Source of the DNA: Lobosporangium transversale
Taxonomy: Eukaryota
Length of the DNA: 64,000 bases
Assembly: GCF_002105155.1 (NCBI RefSeq)
Contig: NW_019029008.1
Coordinates: 124,001-188,000, forward strand
Direction: 5' to 3'
The translations under genes were made by a program, and so were the position numbers. The notes beneath the pieces were generated by a model. The model saw only the letters and a program-made list of their open reading frames with translations, made no database searches and had not been told where the DNA came from. The number at the start of each line of letters is the position of its first letter. The first letter of the stretch is position 1. This document shows, one piece after another, positions 28,393 through 40,877 of the stretch.

Positions 28393-30508
28393 ATGTCCAT
28401 TAACAAAGGCAATGTCGGTCTTGTGATCGGCATGCTGGTCGCTGGAACAGCAAATACTATCATTACCAAGTGTATGTATGCACCTAAAAAAAAAAAAAAA
28501 AAAAAGCAAAGGCCACCGTTTGTGTACTTTCTTTTTTGCTTTCGTTAACATGGGTTCTTTTTGAAGCGTTCAGCTTCTTTCAGAAACCAAAAAACGTGTG
28601 TGAACATGAATATGAATACATGTATTTTGGTCAGAAAGGGTCCTTTTGGGTCCTGCATGGCTGATTATTTTAACATCCGCAGCGCCCTTGACTCACTTCA
28701 TCTTCATTGTTGCAGTGTCAGCAATATGGTGCCACAAGTACGCTAAGTAACGACATTCCTTAATAATTAAAACTTTCTTTGCTTTCTCGTATCAACCAAA
28801 ATAGACCAAGATATGGCCTGTGTCGAGAACTGCGACAATCCTGATCCTAATACGCATGAGCACTTTGAACAACCAATCTGGCAGACCCTCAATATGTTTA
28901 TTGGTGAGACCCTCTGTCTAGTGTTTGCCTCTGTCTGTGCTTGGCTCGCAGAGAGATATGGTCGTGCCAAATGGGCTGAATTGGTCCTTGATGATGAAGA
29001 GGAGGAAGTTCCTGCTGTGATTGAGTCGGATGGTTTGATCGTGCCTCCTGCACCTCATGGCCATGCTCACCCAGGTGCTGCCATCAAGAAGAAAAAACTC
29101 GAAGGCATTTATGTTTTTTTGCTTTGGCTGCCAACCCTCTGCGATATGACAGCAAGCACTGTAAGTTCACCATGATTTCTTTGGATGGTCCCTCCTTACC
29201 AAGCTTTCCATGTTTATTTCTGCCTGCCCCCTTCCTACATTGCTGTTGCATGGGTGGTTTAGACGAGCTGCAGGATTTCAGGGATAGAATAAGGCATAGC
29301 AATAGCAATAACACAGGGATATAAATTAAGGGCATGGACAGGAATATGGGAAACGGAAAGAGATATATGCTTTGGTACAGTAGGGCGAAAGATGGATCCC
29401 ATGGATGGATGATACAAACTATCATAGCTGAAGCCAACCTCCTACATTAATTCAAAGATGATACCTAGCCTGGTGCGAATGGCACCAAACGTATCAACAT
29501 TGTTTTGCTTGCTGGCTGCGCTAACTCAACACCCACATCCTTATCTTTTAATGCTACTGTTATTACCATTATTGTTTCAAATCTCTTAGCTGATGAATGT
29601 TGGCTTGATTTACTGTGCTGCATCCGTCTATCAGATGCTGCGTGGAGCCTTGGTCATCTTTACTGGAATCCTTTCCGTTATCTTTTTGGGTAGGCGTCTT
29701 CTAGCGTTTGAATGGTTTGCGCTCTTCACCATTGTTGTCGGTATTGCCACCGTGGGATTAGCTTCCGTCATTGCCCAGAAAGACAAACCCCTTATTGATG
29801 GCGACAATGATCCTGATTCCGATGAGGCTATCAAAGCTGCTAAAGCCATTGTTGGAATCTTCCTAGTCCTATTTGCACAAGTCTTTACTGCAACCCAGTT
29901 TGTGATTGAAGAAAAGTTCCTCTCTGGCTTCCATATTGCCCCTCTGCGTGCGGTTGGTTATGAGGGCCTTTTTGGTACTCTCACTGTCTTGGTTGCCATG
30001 CCGATCCTCCACTTTACCATTGGTGTTGCTAACCCTGGCTCGTACTTTGACTTGAGCGCGGGATGGGAGCAGATTACATCATATCCTCAGATCTGGATCC
30101 CTGCTATCATCATGTTGTTCAGCATCTCCTCATTCAACTTCTTTGGCATCTCGGTCACCAAAACCATTTGTGCGACATCTCGCTCGACCATTGATTCGTG
30201 CCGGACGCTCTTCATCTGGGCCATCTCGCTGTATCTTGGATGGGAGAAGTTCCTCCCTCTGCAAGTTCTTGGTAAGCCTGAAGCCTATTTTAATGATTGT
30301 CATGGGATCACTCTATTTGAATCATGCATGGACCAGTTTCCGGTAATACTAACCTATTTTTACCTTTTTTTAATTAATAAAAATAGGCTTTGCCCTGTTG
30401 GTGTATGGAACCTTTGTTTTCAATGGCGTCGTCAGACCTCATGTATTCGCGCCTCCAAAGGCAGTCCATCCTGACGAAAACCGCCCTCTATTGAACCCTG
30501 ATGCATAA
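28393..30508 (+). CDS. SLC35F6-like / nucleotide-sugar transporter (DMT superfamily). Exons ~28393-28471, 28805-29160, 29590-30271, 30388-30508
   Basis: Motifs GMLVAGTANTIITK, FEQPIWQTLNMFIGETLCL, LPTLCDMTAST, ASVYQMLRGALVIFTG, QFVIEEK, VGYEGLFG, FNFFGISVTK and RSTIDSCRTLFIW. Multiple TM segments and a C-terminal dileucine-like ENRPLL. Confidence 0.88.
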
Positions 30509-30915
30509 GTTACCACTAGATAGTGACACCTTTTCAGCATTCTCCCACTTGTTTTTTTTTTGTTTTTTTATTTACACGTGTTTTCCTCTGTTGATATAAT
30601 GCAATGCGTTTTGTCCCTTCAATGCGATACCGACTGTTATTCTGTTACTCTTTTTATTGGTTCTCCTCTCCTTGTTCCCTTATTGAAATAATAAAAAACC
30701 ATGTTTTTGATCTTGATGTCTAAATGAAATAATGATGATCACAAGGGGGTGTTGGAACACGTTATTTGTATGCTTCTTTTTATGCACACCCAAGTAGAGG
30801 ATCACTGGATCAGCGAAAGCAAGAAGAGAAGTGGCCTGGGTAAATTGCAATGCCCCACTTTTTTTTTTTTTTTTTTTTTTTTCTTTCATCTCACTTGTCT
30901 TCCCACACTCAAAAA

Positions 30916-31927
30916 ATGGAGTTTTCTTCAAACTGTCGCACTACGCGATGTGAGATTTGCTATGATGACTTTGAAAAGATCCAGTTAACCCAAATATCCC
31001 AGCTGCCTTCGCAAGCCCAAGAAGGGTTTGACCGGAGTAGATACGAGGAGGTGTACGATGTGCTTGACCAATATTCCTCCTTTGCATTGACTGAAGCGAG
31101 GTTATATGGCGACCGAGATTACTATTATACGCTTTTGGTTTCTCTATACGAGTCGGCCAAGAATAATAAGGAACTTTCAGTGTCCTTGTTCAACAATGAG
31201 GATTCTTTTGAAGACATGAAAGAGTTAATTCGTGAAACATCAAGCATGTCTGTATCCCCGCCTTCATCCTCGTCGTCTACACCAAAGTCTGCATCCATGT
31301 CTCCATTAGCCTCTTTGTCGTCGTCTTCCTCAGCGTCTTCCTCAGCGTCTTCATCAACGTCTTCATCAACGATACCATCAACACCTTCATTATCAACGTC
31401 TACATCTAAAGCGATGTCCCAAACTACATCTACATCTACTACATCTAGGTCCACATCGATGCCCAAGTCCAAGTTTATGTCTTTGTTAAAGCCAACATCT
31501 TCGCCTTTAACTTCATCTACTTCAACGCCGAAGCCTACAACTACAACCACAGCTACATCTACATCTACGTCTACATCTACATCTACAACTACAGCTACAT
31601 CTACAGCTGCACTCAATTCCAAAGCGAAACCGAAATCTACTTCATCCGTTTCCCCGCCCTCTGCGGCGAGTTATCATGAAATTAGCAAGTTAGGACTTTC
31701 CCTTGAATGCAATCCCGACCATGCGTTCTGCGGCAGTTGTCTTGAAAAATACATCGAAACACAAATCAACAATCATGTTTGGCCTGTGCAATGCCCTATG
31801 GATGACTGCCAAATGATGATTTCATTGGATATTGTGGGAAGTATCCTGGGCCAAAGAATAAACCGCTGGCATAATCTTGGGATTGAAAACGCTATCACGA
31901 AAAGGGTCAGTGTGTGTGTATTTTTCT

Positions 31928-31960
<33 letters not shown>

Positions 31961-32076
31961 CTTTACTACTATCATTACTATGCTTTATTATTATTTGTTG
32001 GTTTGTTACTATTTATTGAAAAAAAAAAAAAAAAAAAAAAAAAAAGCATCCAGTATTATACGTGAATGTCTGACGC

Positions 32077-32115
<39 letters not shown>

Positions 32116-32675
32116 ATGGAACAGATTTATTGTCCGAATAGTAAATGCAATATTTTGATTGATGCGGGTGATGCAGGGAGCGAGAATAATAGCAGCAAAT
32201 CTTGGCGAGTCAATGTGAGATGCCCTTATTGCAGCTACGCGTTCTGTGCACTCTGTCTGAAGGATGGTCATGCAGGCAAGTTTGGATGCACATGTTTTAA
32301 AATGCGAAGATGCTTATATGAAATAAACTTAAAAAAAAAAAAGGGTTTTGTTAGGATGAGGAGACAGCTTTTACCGATTCTTTTTTTTTTTTTTTATTTA
32401 TAAAAAAAAAAAAACAGGATTGACTTGTGAACAAGCCAAAGGCGATCAATCGGACAGGTTATTCGAAACACTTGCAGTCGAAAGACATTGGAAGAGATGT
32501 CCAGGTTGTGGGCAGATGGTGGAGAAAAATGGAGGTGAGTTTAGGAAAAATTCACACCAAGCAAGTCCAAGCCTAATCCTCGAATGCTCGACTAATTGTA
32601 TATTATTTCCCTTATCGTTTAAAAGGGTGCAATCATATGACATGCCGTTGTACGAAGAACTTCAATTATGCATGA
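30916..32675 (+). CDS. RBR (RING1-IBR-RING2) E3 ubiquitin ligase-like protein. Exons 30916-31905, 32125-32275, 32418-32534, 32626-32675
   Basis: RING1: CEIC...CNPDHAFCGSC..CPMDDC. IBR: YCPNSKC..CPYCSYAFCALC..H..TC. RING2: KRCPGCGQMVEKNGGCNHMTC with the catalytic Cys. Splice phases are consistent. Confidence 0.82.
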
Positions 32676-32774
32676 AGCGTCTGCGACTCGGCGTGAAGAA
32701 TTATCTTTTAATCGTAAGCCGAGTTGTGCAAGTTTGACAGAGAAGGAGTATAGTTTTTTTTATACTTTAACGCG

Positions 32775-32810
<36 letters not shown>

Positions 32811-33391
32811 GCGTCTATTTCCGTGTATGCCCTAAACGCGGCTTTAGAGCCATAGAGCTCGCAGGAGAGTTAAAGTTTTCTTTTGCTGAAAAATGTCCTC
32901 ACCACTGAGAAAGATCCTACTCCTTTACTCTTTCTTGCGAAATAAAACGGTCGTCCAGTACTGCAATCAAAAAGCGTTAAATGCATCAATATAATCTCTT
33001 GGTTTTGATTTTTTGATTTAGGTAAAAATCCATTGAGAGGATGTCCAGCCAAGACAGAGATCACCAAGGCTGCTGTCTAGTTTCTGGTCGAATAGCTACA
33101 GCTGTCAGTTGCGGTTACGGATCGCTAATAATTGGTGGATGCATGCCATGAGCAAATTAAGGCCACCAAATGTCCCACATATTGATAGGTCTTTTTGGTA
33201 TATGAAAACTCGATCCCGATTTTGTAAAGCCAAATCTGAGAAAACACAAACTTATGAGTATTGGGACTGCAGGTTTGAATTTTTTTGTGTGACCCAAGAA
33301 TCAAGACTTCTTGGCATTTATGAATTGTCACCCAAAACGCTTTTTATTTTCTTCTTACACATTCTTCGTTCATTACACCAATTAACCAACC

Positions 33392-34390
33392 ATGAGCACA
33401 TTTCCAGACTACTATGGTATCTGCAACATGGCAGAGCATCATTAAATAATAAAAAAAAACTGAACATGAACTCCATTGTTTCTCCATGTTCTACATTCTG
33501 CACGTCGCTTTTAAGCTCATCAAACACTTTTTTTTTTGTATTCTTTGTGCATGGGTTTCCTAACGACAACATAGCCATCCTTAGAGTTGAGGAAACAGCC
33601 ACCACAGATCAGATTCGAGAAGCCTACAAGCGAGAAGCATTAAGAACACACCCCGATAGGTCTACCAACATTGGTGGGCCTGATGGAGAACCTCCCTTGT
33701 CCAAGCAAGAAGCCACGGTTCGCTTCCAGCAAGTCGCAGGTAAAGTAAAGGAGGATCTCTTATTAAAAAAAAAAAAAAAAGACCCGATCCTTATTTAAGC
33801 ATACACAAATATGACGTCTTTGATGTGGTCCGACCATAATAATAATAAAAAGCTAGGATTAATATTCACTTTTTTTTTTTTTTTTTTTTTTTTTTAGATG
33901 CATATTACGTTTTGTCGAGCAAAGAGAGACGACGAGAGTACGACATTGCAAGGAGAGCTCAGAGTAGGGGTTCCAGAAGTACATGGTCAGCCGAAGCAAA
34001 CCATACGGAACCAGAACAAGTCTTCGGAGGCGTCTTTGAGGAAATGCTTCGACCAGAAGTCGAGAATCCTAGCACTTTTTATTCGTCAGTCGGCATGGCC
34101 TCTGGCGCAGCTCTTGGATTCATCTGTGGCGGACCACCGGGAGCTCTTTTAGTAAGTCGATCCAAGTTTATCGGTATATAAAAACTAGTATAAGGATTTG
34201 GCTCATGTATTGACTCTTCTTTTTTTTTTTTTTATCATCACCATAGGGAGCCTATGCTGGCAAGACATTCGGCCGTATCAGAGATCAAAAAGGAGTCAGT
34301 GTCATGGAAGTTTTCATGCGTTTAGAGCATGCACACAAAGCTGCCATTATTGCAAGTCTTGCGGCCAAAATCTTTCATAGTTTGAAATAG
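33392..34390 (+). CDS. DnaJ (J-domain) protein with a C-terminal Gly-rich hydrophobic segment. Exons ~33392-33416, 33575-33739, 33898-34151, 34247-34390
   Basis: MSTFPDYYAILRV..IREAYKREALRTHPDR..FQQVADAYYVLSSKERRREYD contains the HPD motif. A GAALGFICGGPPGALLGAYAG glycine zipper follows. Confidence 0.9.
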
Positions 34391-36860
34391 TAATAAAATG
34401 GGTTGAAGAGAAAAAAAAAAGACTGAGAAACAGATCCTCTTTAATAATATAGTTTTAATAAGCATGACTGGTAGGGATCACTATTTCCCAGCCCTATTTT
34501 TATAAAACAAGTCATGGTGACCTATCCTATCTGTACCGTAAAGAGCTTGTCTTTCTCTTTCGAGAACGGCTTCTCCAGGCAGTCCTGCGCACTGCAAAAT
34601 CAAGACTCGACTCCCAAAGGAAAACTATTTTTATTTGTAAGTCGCATATTTTAGCCTGATCTAAGAGACACAGTTACCATAAGCAGCTTTTGTAATCGCC
34701 ATGATTCCAAGTGTGCTGTCACCAACAAGACGTTAATAGAAGAAGCTATTTCCAAAATAAAATATAGTTTTATATACTTGTTTTGAAGGTAGAGAAAAGA
34801 GAAACAGCCAAGAAAGACGTTTTTGGTTCCATATTCTATAATAGCATAAGCAGTACTTTCGACATTCGGTTCTTCTCGTTGGGAATGTAAAGTAATAGTT
34901 GTGCTCTTCAGCTATTCTTCATTTGTTTAAATATTGGATAAACCCAAGACATGATCAGCCAAAATGATTGATATTTTTGCCATATGAAATGAAATACGAT
35001 CCCTACAACAGCTCAGCTGCTTTAAAAGTACCAATGTGCTCTATAGCCCTGCGCTATTATCGTATCAAAGCGATACGTATAGCACAATTGGTTCGGTATG
35101 ATACCATGGTGTCCTTTACTAAAGGACAACTATCAAGAAAAGCCTCAAAAGAGCTTGTCAACTCAGTTAACTCTCTCCTTAAGGTCTATAAAGACGATAG
35201 GGATGGCAACCCACAGCTAAAAGTAGGATGAATCCTCTTCTTGCAAAATGAACCTCCCAAATGCAAGTGATTACCAGGGAGTAATGATTCAATCGATCAA
35301 AGGTATACAAACCAGCACAGACACTGCCAGAAGGGACCAAAGACGGGAGACTGAAGCGATACATACAGCGAAAGAAGCCAGCCTGATCAAGGACCAAGCC
35401 AGCAATAACCATATATTGATTTGCTAATAAGCATCTATATCTTAGATACTCCTTTTCACCAGGAAGAGATCCTTCAGCCCCTGTTGTAGTAGGTTCATCG
35501 AGTGCAGAAAACTGCACAAAGTGGAGGTGGCAAAACCATGGTCTAAGGAATGTATCTGGCTTTACAGAGTGAGAGGTGCATACTGGCTCTAGGAGGGGAT
35601 CAACCCCGACACTTGCAACAATCCACTCAATGATTATGCTCCAGCTTTTTACGATTGATATGATATAGATCCCATAGTATTCATTTATCTGCAAGACAAT
35701 GCCCAAGTGCTTTCTATTCCAATTCTAGAACGACTAAATATCAAATCCCAATACTAATGCTCTAAAGTAGTTTGTTCGGTGATTCTTCGGACCTCAACAA
35801 CGCCGGATATTTTTGGGGCATATTGTGTCTTGCACGAACGTTTCCTGTATTCAAATGGCCCTAAAAGGAACAGAATAGATTCCATTATATTAGCGATTAT
35901 TTTTATCTGAAGCTTCGGCCTTGAAACTCATTTTCAATCTTTCCTTCCTCCTCTGCACCCAACAGTAAACGCTATTTTATTTATCCCTTTCTAGAGGCAG
36001 CGAGAGAAAGACACGGTGGAGTGATCTGTCCATTTTTGATAGCCTTCCCAAGTAAAAGGCATGAATGGATCTATGTACCTGGCACCCATTGTCTTGTTGA
36101 CCTTGGTAAACTTTTTTTATGAAAAAAAAAGGGGAGGAGGATCGCCTGAAAGAGAAATGTGTATATCCGTGATGGTCAAACGAGGAGACGAATTACTTGT
36201 CTAATGAATCCAAAACCAAGCAGTTTACTCCTTTTGTCAACCATACCAGCGCCTGTCGCCACGATATATCCATGTAGAAAAATTCAAACGCAGGCAGGGT
36301 GCTGTAACTTAGTGCAGGAGCAAAAATAAAACAAACAGAATTAAAGGGCGTTGGACGCACAGTACATGGACAACAGAGGTAAAAAAAGATCAATCATTGT
36401 ATTTTCGCATGCATGTTGACCCTTTTTACTTGTCTGTGCCAAATGCTTTCTTTGTTTTGCGGGGAAACGCGCAAAAATGCAATACTAGCACTCGGAGGTG
36501 GTTTCTGTCATTCAACTCAGGATAAGGGAGCGCGGCATTGCGGCAGGTGGACGCGTATACATGACCTCAACAAGATAAAGATATAGGCTCAAAGGCATGG
36601 ATAAAAAAAAAAGCATTTTGACTCGACGAAAACATTTAAATAGCCCCTCTGTTCGATTTTTTTTTTTTTTTTTTTTTTTTATATAGACAGCTTATCATCT
36701 ATAACCCATCCACATCTAAAAGTTCCTATATAAATTCTCTTCAAAAGTACCAATATATCAGGTATAAACTTTCAACCTTCTGCTATGCATGCTATCCTTG
36801 TTCTTTGTTATAGTACAATGGACTTGACCTTATACATTGAATGTTGACTTCGTGCTGTTT

Positions 36861-36897
<37 letters not shown>

Positions 36898-36902
36898 CAG
36901 TC

Positions 36903-37391
36903 ATGGCTCGCTCGGTCGCTCTCTTGGTCGCTCTCCTTGCCTTGTTGCAGGTGGCCCTTGCTGAAATTATTGGCAGTGGATTCTATCGCATCATGCAGCG
37001 CGGTCTGCAGATTAGTACGAAAAAAGACGGTGGGGAAACGCCTGCTATCTTATATCCCAGAGATGGGCATTTGGAGCAAGTCTGGCATATCCAATCTGTG
37101 GACCATACCCACATCACCATCTCGAGCCCAGGTACTAGTCGTCAGCTTGCACTACATGACCAGGCTCGCCCTAATGCCTTTGTGATTGTCGCTCCGAAGC
37201 AGCGGATCTGGAGGATCCAGAGGAGTGCAAGGCCAGGTTTCTATAATATTATCTATCCCGAGAAGTTTGGCGGAGAGGATCTTGCTATCGGTATTTCACC
37301 CTCCCGAATCTATCCACCTCAAATTGCTCTGCAATACGTGCGAGGATTCGGGGCCACCACGGTCGACTGGGAGCTTCGAAAGGTTGAGTAG
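36903..37391 (+). CDS. Small secreted ricin-B/beta-trefoil-like protein, paralog 1
   Basis: Signal peptide MARSVALLVALLALLQVALA. GFYRI start, QxW-like repeats (EQVWHI, QRIWRI, VDWEL) and GFYNII. The ATG follows a poly-T..CAG acceptor of a 5'UTR intron. Confidence 0.8.
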   Translation: MARSVALLVALLALLQVALAEIIGSGFYRIMQRGLQISTKKDGGETPAILYPRDGHLEQVWHIQSVDHTHITISSPGTSRQLALHDQARPNAFVIVAPKQRIWRIQRSARPGFYNIIYPEKFGGEDLAIGISPSRIYPPQIALQYVRGFGATTVDWELRKVE

Positions 37392-37679
37392 TTTGGGCCC
37401 AGCGGTTTTAAGGGAAGGGCCTCTCACTTGGACTTCCAGTTGAGGTGACATTAAATATTAGGGATCTATCTAAATATCTTTAAAGCAATAAAAGACTGCC
37501 ATTAGTTTTGGATTACTCATTGATCTGGCTCATGTTTAACCTTTAGTGGATAGTAAAATGGATTCGAAATGTACACTTTCCTCATTGTAATGTATTAACT
37601 TTCTTTGCCGTTAATTTAAATCGGTTTTCGCGGTCCTTTCAAAAGAATATAAAAGCCAGTCTTTTCGATGTACTGAAGG

Positions 37680-37714
<35 letters not shown>

Positions 37715-38808
37715 CACTCTGCAATGCATCGACATACTCTGTATCCTTCCTCAAATCACTGCCAAATCAAAGTGATGTGTATCACACAGTTAATTCAATG
37801 TGGCGTCGTGGCGCTCCCTCATCACGAAAGGTCATCAGGGAAAGCAACAAAAGAACTCGTCATATCAATCAGCTCTGTTCTTTAAGTACGGGTAGATTAA
37901 AAGGTTATATTCTGCAGCAAAATGTAGGGCCACATCCAAAAGCGCCGAAAAGCACCATGAAGCTCGTTGATTGCAAATTGAGTATGGGCATTTTTGCCAG
38001 AAATATTGTCAAGGGGCTATAATTTAGTCGACCGAACGAGTACAAATTAACATGAACACTATCAAGTAGCACCAAAAGCCAGAGGCCGGGGCGACACATA
38101 CGGTGAACAAAGCCAACTTGCCCGAGGATTAAACCAACAATAGGTACATATTAGCCAAGAACTATTTGTGCTGGATAGTTGATGACTGAACGAGGCTAAT
38201 CTTTCCTTATGAGCCTGTCATCATTAAGATGAGATCTTTCGGAAGAAAGTCATGTTGTAAAGCTCTGAGTACAAGCACACGTAGCCTGTGAACCCCAGTA
38301 AATCTTATAATGTGGAGCTGGTGAAACTATGAAGCGAAGTTATGTCCTATTTTATAGAGTGAACGAGGGATGCTAGCTCCAAGGGGAGATTAAATGCAGG
38401 GACCTGTATCAACATTTTTTGGAGACTATGTTATTGCTTCTCGTGATTGGCATGATATGAATCACTTCTCAGCAAAGTGATGCTTGATAATAAAGCCCTT
38501 TCTAGTAAAGCTCGACAACGTTGCCTAAGTGAATTTCCAGGTCTCAAGATCACAGTATCTGTCTCACGGGCTTAATTCAACTAGGGTTAATTTTTTCCGG
38601 CTATAATTATCTGAAGCTGCGACGATCTGATTCTAATTTCTCCACATCCCTTTCCCCTTGCATCCAACAAATAAGCGCTCTTTATTTATTACAAGTATAT
38701 CTCTGCACAGCTGAGTGTCCTATTTATTTCTGACGATTCCTTAAAAATGACAAAAAAGGATCTACACATTACTCTATTGGATTCAAGACAACCCTTTTGA
38801 ATGAAAGA

Positions 38809-38850
<42 letters not shown>

Positions 38851-39759
38851 AATAAAATCAACATTTGCAACCAAATTTATCAGTTAAAGAATTAACCAGA
38901 TCATCACAAAAAAGAAGAATATATTTTATTACTTCTTAGCCTAAAGCGGAAGAACGGAAGGAGGGACGCTCAAAAAGGCCTGTAGGAGGATTGTAATCGT
39001 GATGGTCAACCGGCGACATAAATCTACTCCTTGTGTCAACCATAACAACGTCTGCTGCCGTGAAACGCTCATGAAGGAAAAGACTCCTCAGGTAATTCTA
39101 AGGTTAACTAAGACCGGGCGTTCTAAATTAGAGTAGGAGGGAAAAATTCGGCTGTTGGACTTTCAACGCATGGACGGCGGAGGCAAATAACATGAATCGT
39201 TTCCTATCTCCACATATGCTTCGCCTCTCTACCTTTCTGTACCAAGTGCTTTTTTTTATTATTATTTTTATTTTTTGGGCGAGGGCGAAACGCGTGTCAT
39301 ATATCTACAATGTAATACTATCAATTATAATACTCAAAGCTAGTTGATGCCATATTATATGCAGGATAAGGAAGCGCGGGATTGTGGCAGGTAGGCGCGT
39401 ATACATGAATCTAGCAAGGAAAAAGTATAGCCTCCTCAATTCCATGTAAAAAAAAAAAAAAAAAAAAAAAAAGCATATTAACTTGGCAAGAACATTTAAA
39501 TAACTTCCTTATAGTGATTTTTTCCTTTTTTCTTTATAATTTTCAGATATCGCCTCACCAACGCTTCCTCTATTCATAAGGGCTCTTACTACTTACTCTT
39601 TCTAGAAACACCAATATTTCAAGTATATGTTTTTCAACTCTCAGATATTGCGCGATCTTCATGCTTTTTATTACTTGACAATGAACCAGATATTCTTAAG
39701 TACTATAGTTTTGACCCTCTCATGCTTCTTTTTCTTTTTTTCTTTTTTTTTTTTTAGAA

Positions 39760-40251
39760 ATGATTTACTTAGTCATTCCCTTGATCACCTTCCTTGTCTT
39801 GTTACAAGCGACTCTTGCAGTGGCCCTTTGTGAAGGATTCTACCGTATTAAGCAAAACAGTCTACTAATTAGCGTGCAAAAGACAGTGTTGGAAATGCCT
39901 ACCGTCTTATTGGGCAGCAATGAATATCTGGAGCAAATCTGGCACATCCAACCCCTTGACAAAGATCATATCACCATCTCGAGTCCAGGGACTGGCCGTT
40001 ACCTTGGATTGCATGGCGAGGCTCATCCCAATGCTTTTGTAGTTGCTGGTCAGAACCGACAGGTATGGAGGCTCAAACATAGTGATGAAAAAAAAGGATT
40101 CTACAACATTATCTTCCCCAGGCAGTTTAACGGAGAGGATATTGCTATCGGCGTCTCAGCCCTTCATCTAAGGCCACCTCGTGTTGCCCTGCAATTCAGG
40201 CGGGGGTTTGGAGGCGATTCGGTCCACTGGGAGCTCCAGAAGGTTGAGTAG
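39760..40251 (+). CDS. Small secreted ricin-B/beta-trefoil-like protein, paralog 2
   Basis: Signal peptide MIYLVIPLITFLVLLQATLAVA. Co-linear with paralog 1 (GFYRI, LEQIWHIQ, HITISSPGT, PNAFV, QVWRL, GFYNII, GEDIAIG, WELQKVE). Confidence 0.8.
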   Translation: MIYLVIPLITFLVLLQATLAVALCEGFYRIKQNSLLISVQKTVLEMPTVLLGSNEYLEQIWHIQPLDKDHITISSPGTGRYLGLHGEAHPNAFVVAGQNRQVWRLKHSDEKKGFYNIIFPRQFNGEDIAIGVSALHLRPPRVALQFRRGFGGDSVHWELQKVE

Positions 40252-40877
40252 CTTGGGCCTTGTGGCTCTGAGGGAGGATCCCCCACGTACGTTCCGAGTT
40301 GAGGTGCCATTAAATATAAAAGAATTAGCTTTCCATCTAAATGTTACTTAGCACTAAAGATTTATAAATTCTGAATTAATAATGATCAAGCTAAATCGTG
40401 GCTTTGTTTTTAATGATATGATGCTTTCCTTTCTAGGCTCGTCACCAGCCTGTGTGACTAATGTGCATTGCACTAACGCTCACTGACAGGCTGGCGTGCC
40501 GAACTGCAAGCAGCACTATATCCAGACCCTAATACCCTAATGACCCCACAGCTATATCTGTCCAATCTCTTCAGAAATTTGTTTATGCGTCGCTCAATGA
40601 GTGCATTTGTCCACATCCTACATGGACAACTAGAGAAAGGTTCTTGGTTCTCAAGATTGTCGATGCAAACGTGTTATACAATACTGAACTCAAACCTTTG
40701 AGGAGGGCTCAACTATCACGCGCACCCCAGGCGCCAAGACGCCAAGCCCAAGTGCCAAGACACCAAGCCCCAACCCTATCAATTATCAGTATAAATAGTC
40801 CACTACGTTATAGCCAAATAAAGTATCCTTTGACCTTCGATTCCACCTAAGATCACCTTTGATTGTTACTATTTACA

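Larger units (their letters stand above)
35890..40316 (+). repeat. Diverged tandem duplication of a ~1.6-kb gene unit (promoter + 5'UTR intron + CDS + 3'UTR): ~35890-37460 vs ~38600-40316
   Basis: Co-linear shared blocks: ttatctgaagct, cgtgatggtcaa, ggataagg(g/a)agcgcgg..tg(c/t)ggcaggt..gcgtatacatga, aacatttaaata, the CDS, and gttgaggtg(a/c)cattaaatat. Confidence 0.85.

Noticed and set aside
31125..31622. Antisense V/D-rich 165-aa ORF
   Set aside because: It is the shadow of the Ser/Thr repeat in the RBR gene.
34968..35706. Coding-like decayed fragment, possibly a transposon or gene relic
   Set aside because: Multiple stops and no recognisable motif, so it cannot be assigned.
40531..40546. 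CCCTAA telomere-like pair just inside the left TIR
   Set aside because: Only two units, so it is compatible with chance.
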